Positions 61,630 through 64,000 of a DNA stretch of 64,000 bases are shown piece after piece. Every line of letters starts with the position of its first letter. Positions within the stretch are counted from its first letter, which is position 1. Position numbers and translations under genes: made by a program. The notes under the pieces were generated by a model. That model did not search any database. It saw nothing but the letters and a program-made list of their open reading frames with translations, and was not told where the DNA came from. The stretch is taken from the NCBI GenBank assembly GCA_048128005.1, contig JBEUKZ010000122.1:124001-188000 (forward strand). Direction: 5' to 3'. Origin of the DNA: Veleropilina oligotropha (lineage: Eukaryota).

Positions 61630-63724
61630 ATGAGTATGATGATCGAAACCCCTATGAATTACTTGTATAACATATAAGACCGGGTTGACGTACCTTTCAT
61701 AACCTACGCAGGAACTAGTAAGCTGTAAATGTAATGTTGTTGGAGTACCTATGAATATGATCGTCACGTTACGCATCACGCGCACAGTCAAGCTGATTAA
61801 TAATCATGCGATAAGTTTGCGTGTTGTCAGATAAAAGTTTGGCAATTTGAATAATAATTTTGTGATTGCCATGCACTGTACACAGTTAAGTGAATTTGAA
61901 AGAATTAAGAACACTCGGACTCTGACCGAGCTGACAACGAACAGAACGTCCAGGCGGTGGTGCTTCCCATGACGATTAGCCAGTCAGTGCGCTTGTCGGC
62001 GAACTATTGAGGTCGCTCGTTACAGAAAGAAGGAAATATTGTAGCAACTTACATAACATCCGATCAACTGTCATTCACAAAAACAGCAGCGCTATCCAAC
62101 AACTCAACTTTTTGGGAAACACCCGTAGCCGATTCCAAACCGAGGCCAGAATTCCCCACTCTCGTGATTTTCCGTGAAATATCGTAGAACAGTCGGTAAA
62201 TCTAATTCTGGATTTTAAATGAGAGCCAGAATACAAATAAAATAGTACCCAGGCCCCATGTTAATTATGATGTAGTAGCATAAAAAAATGTGCTGTTGAT
62301 TGCAGCAAAGCGCTTAAAATATAGTTATTTGTATCTGAATAATAGAAAAGAACGGTTATCTGACTCATTCATTTACCTATAGAGCCTACTAGGCCTATTT
62401 AGTAAATCGCGCGTAGCAGACGACACATTGGGAATGAAAAGACGGCATTGTAAAAATGGTTGACGTAATTATTCAAACAAAACACCCAGTGATCGTGCAT
62501 AGAAAAATTGACGCAGATTTTGTGGACCTGTTGCAGAAACAACATTTTAAAATTCGACGTAAGTACAATGATTGATTCGAGGATTGAACATCGAGGCATT
62601 ATACACTCTGTAACAATATCTTATTCCTACATATTAGCATATATGTTAGACCTATATTATGGAATGGAAATAAATAAATTATTAGAGAACTAAAGTAGGC
62701 CCATCATAGGACGTCTACAATGTTTCAATACAAAATGAACTTCATTACGATGTATTTGACATTGTTTCTATATACCGTATGGGAATGTTTTCCTTATATA
62801 AATTGATCAGTTATATTGTTTCGGCCTAGGCTTATGTTGTTGAGTAAATTAAACATTCTTCCAACTATAGTTCACCGTAATAATCATATGATAGATTAGA
62901 AGTTTTCGTAATTCAATAGACACTTTGAAGGCTTATCGAAGACGTCATATTTAGTGTCAATCATATAATATCTCTTATAATTATTTAGACATACTGAATT
63001 CGGCATATGGGGCCGGTTGGTAACTTTATTCTTAGTTATTTTGATAAAAACAAAATTAAAGACTGCTGACAGTGCATGAGCATTTTTAAAAGAACACATC
63101 AAGTATTCTTCACTGTCCAATCGATTATGTCTGCGACTCGTGACGCGTTTACATACAACACAACCTAACTGTTCATGCATATGATCGTCGGATCGTCGGC
63201 GACTAATTCGATCGCCACTTTCAAGTTTGAACAATCCTCCTGATTGTTATGAGGAGGGTGTGTGAAAACAACACCAGTCAAAGGGTAGAAGAGCTCAAAA
63301 CGAGCCAACAGTCATCTACACTTTAACCATATATAATGTTGGTTTTACGAAATACATCCGGGTTCCTGATCTGGAAACAGGTTGCCACGAGAAAGGCAGC
63401 CGGTTGCAAAAGCCTAGCTACAGAAGTAGGGTACTTCGTGGGTTCCGCCAATTGCATACGTCAAAAAGAAAGTTGGGGAAACCGATGGAAGGTCAATGGA
63501 GAATGACGGCTCACAAGGGTTCGAAAAGATGGATTGTCGTGTCGGTGACAGCGATTGGGAGATAACTAGTTGAAGCGATAGGGATGAGAAAGATAGATGT
63601 AAATATGCGTTCAGGAAACGATGTAGTGTTGAAAGTTGGCAAGAGCTAGAATGGTGGGGTGCTACAAGATCTTATTATATAAATGGTGCTGTTATTCGTT
63701 AAATATTGGCAAAAATATAATCGG

Positions 63725-63860
63725 TAATTCACTCATCTTTATTTTCACTCACGTGAGTGAAAATATTTTCCATATTTCACTCTCGTGAGTGAAAATATCA
63801 AAAAACGCGTCATAAAATGACGTCATAAAAACCTTGTCCATGGCGACGTCATCCATGAAA
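63725..63860. repeat. Palindromic ttcactc.cgtgagtgaaaatat motif pair, probably a Crypton-like non-autonomous remnant
   Basis: attttcactcacgtgagtgaaaat palindrome followed by a second copy; related CACGAGTG motifs occur in the element at 59259. Confidence 0.35.
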
Positions 63861-64000
63861 TAATGGAAATGGTGTCGGAATCATCTTGGTGTAGAAGTTA
63901 AATGACAAAGTGTTGGAAGTGAAGATAGTCAGTGACAGGTTGATGACAATGGGGCTGAAGAAGGGATAAGACATATTGACAGCTCTCTCTGGGTATAAAC

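Noticed and set aside
62896..63670. 112-aa ORF with CxxC and the neighbouring purine-rich sequence as a gene
   Set aside because: No recognisable family, non-ATG start and no splice structure; possibly a decayed transposon but not supportable.

Overview
AT-rich, repeat-dense eukaryotic genomic DNA from an animal. The transposon repertoire suggests a marine invertebrate, probably a lophotrochozoan (inference). Two host genes converge tail-to-tail: the last five coding exons of Cullin-1 (+, 6688-15998) and five exons of methionine sulfoxide reductase A (-, 40020-26634; the first exon was not located). Both were reconstructed by hand with canonical GT-AG junctions and consistent phases. Most of the remainder is mobile DNA: a full-length, apparently very young DIRS tyrosine-recombinase retrotransposon (identical ITRs plus ICR), a near-intact L2/Crack-group LINE, two Penelope-like elements with minimal hammerhead ribozymes, an internally deleted AcademX, an internally deleted Crypton with a 67-bp terminal hairpin, Gypsy and CR1 fragments, Kolobok/hAT/Tc1-mariner MITEs, Helentron-type non-autonomous elements and SINEs. 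The most unusual observations are: (i) a ~39-bp minisatellite built from the Cullin-1 exon end plus its splice donor, giving an array of more than 20 donor-like sites, the first three in frame; (ii) a GC-rich, highly foldable non-coding island in the DIRS 3' region; (iii) a four-layer insertion stack in an MsrA intron; (iv) a Crypton remnant with an unrecognised N-terminal domain; (v) two Academ-like insertions in tandem at one 9-bp target. All calls were made by eye; no database searches or folding programs were run.
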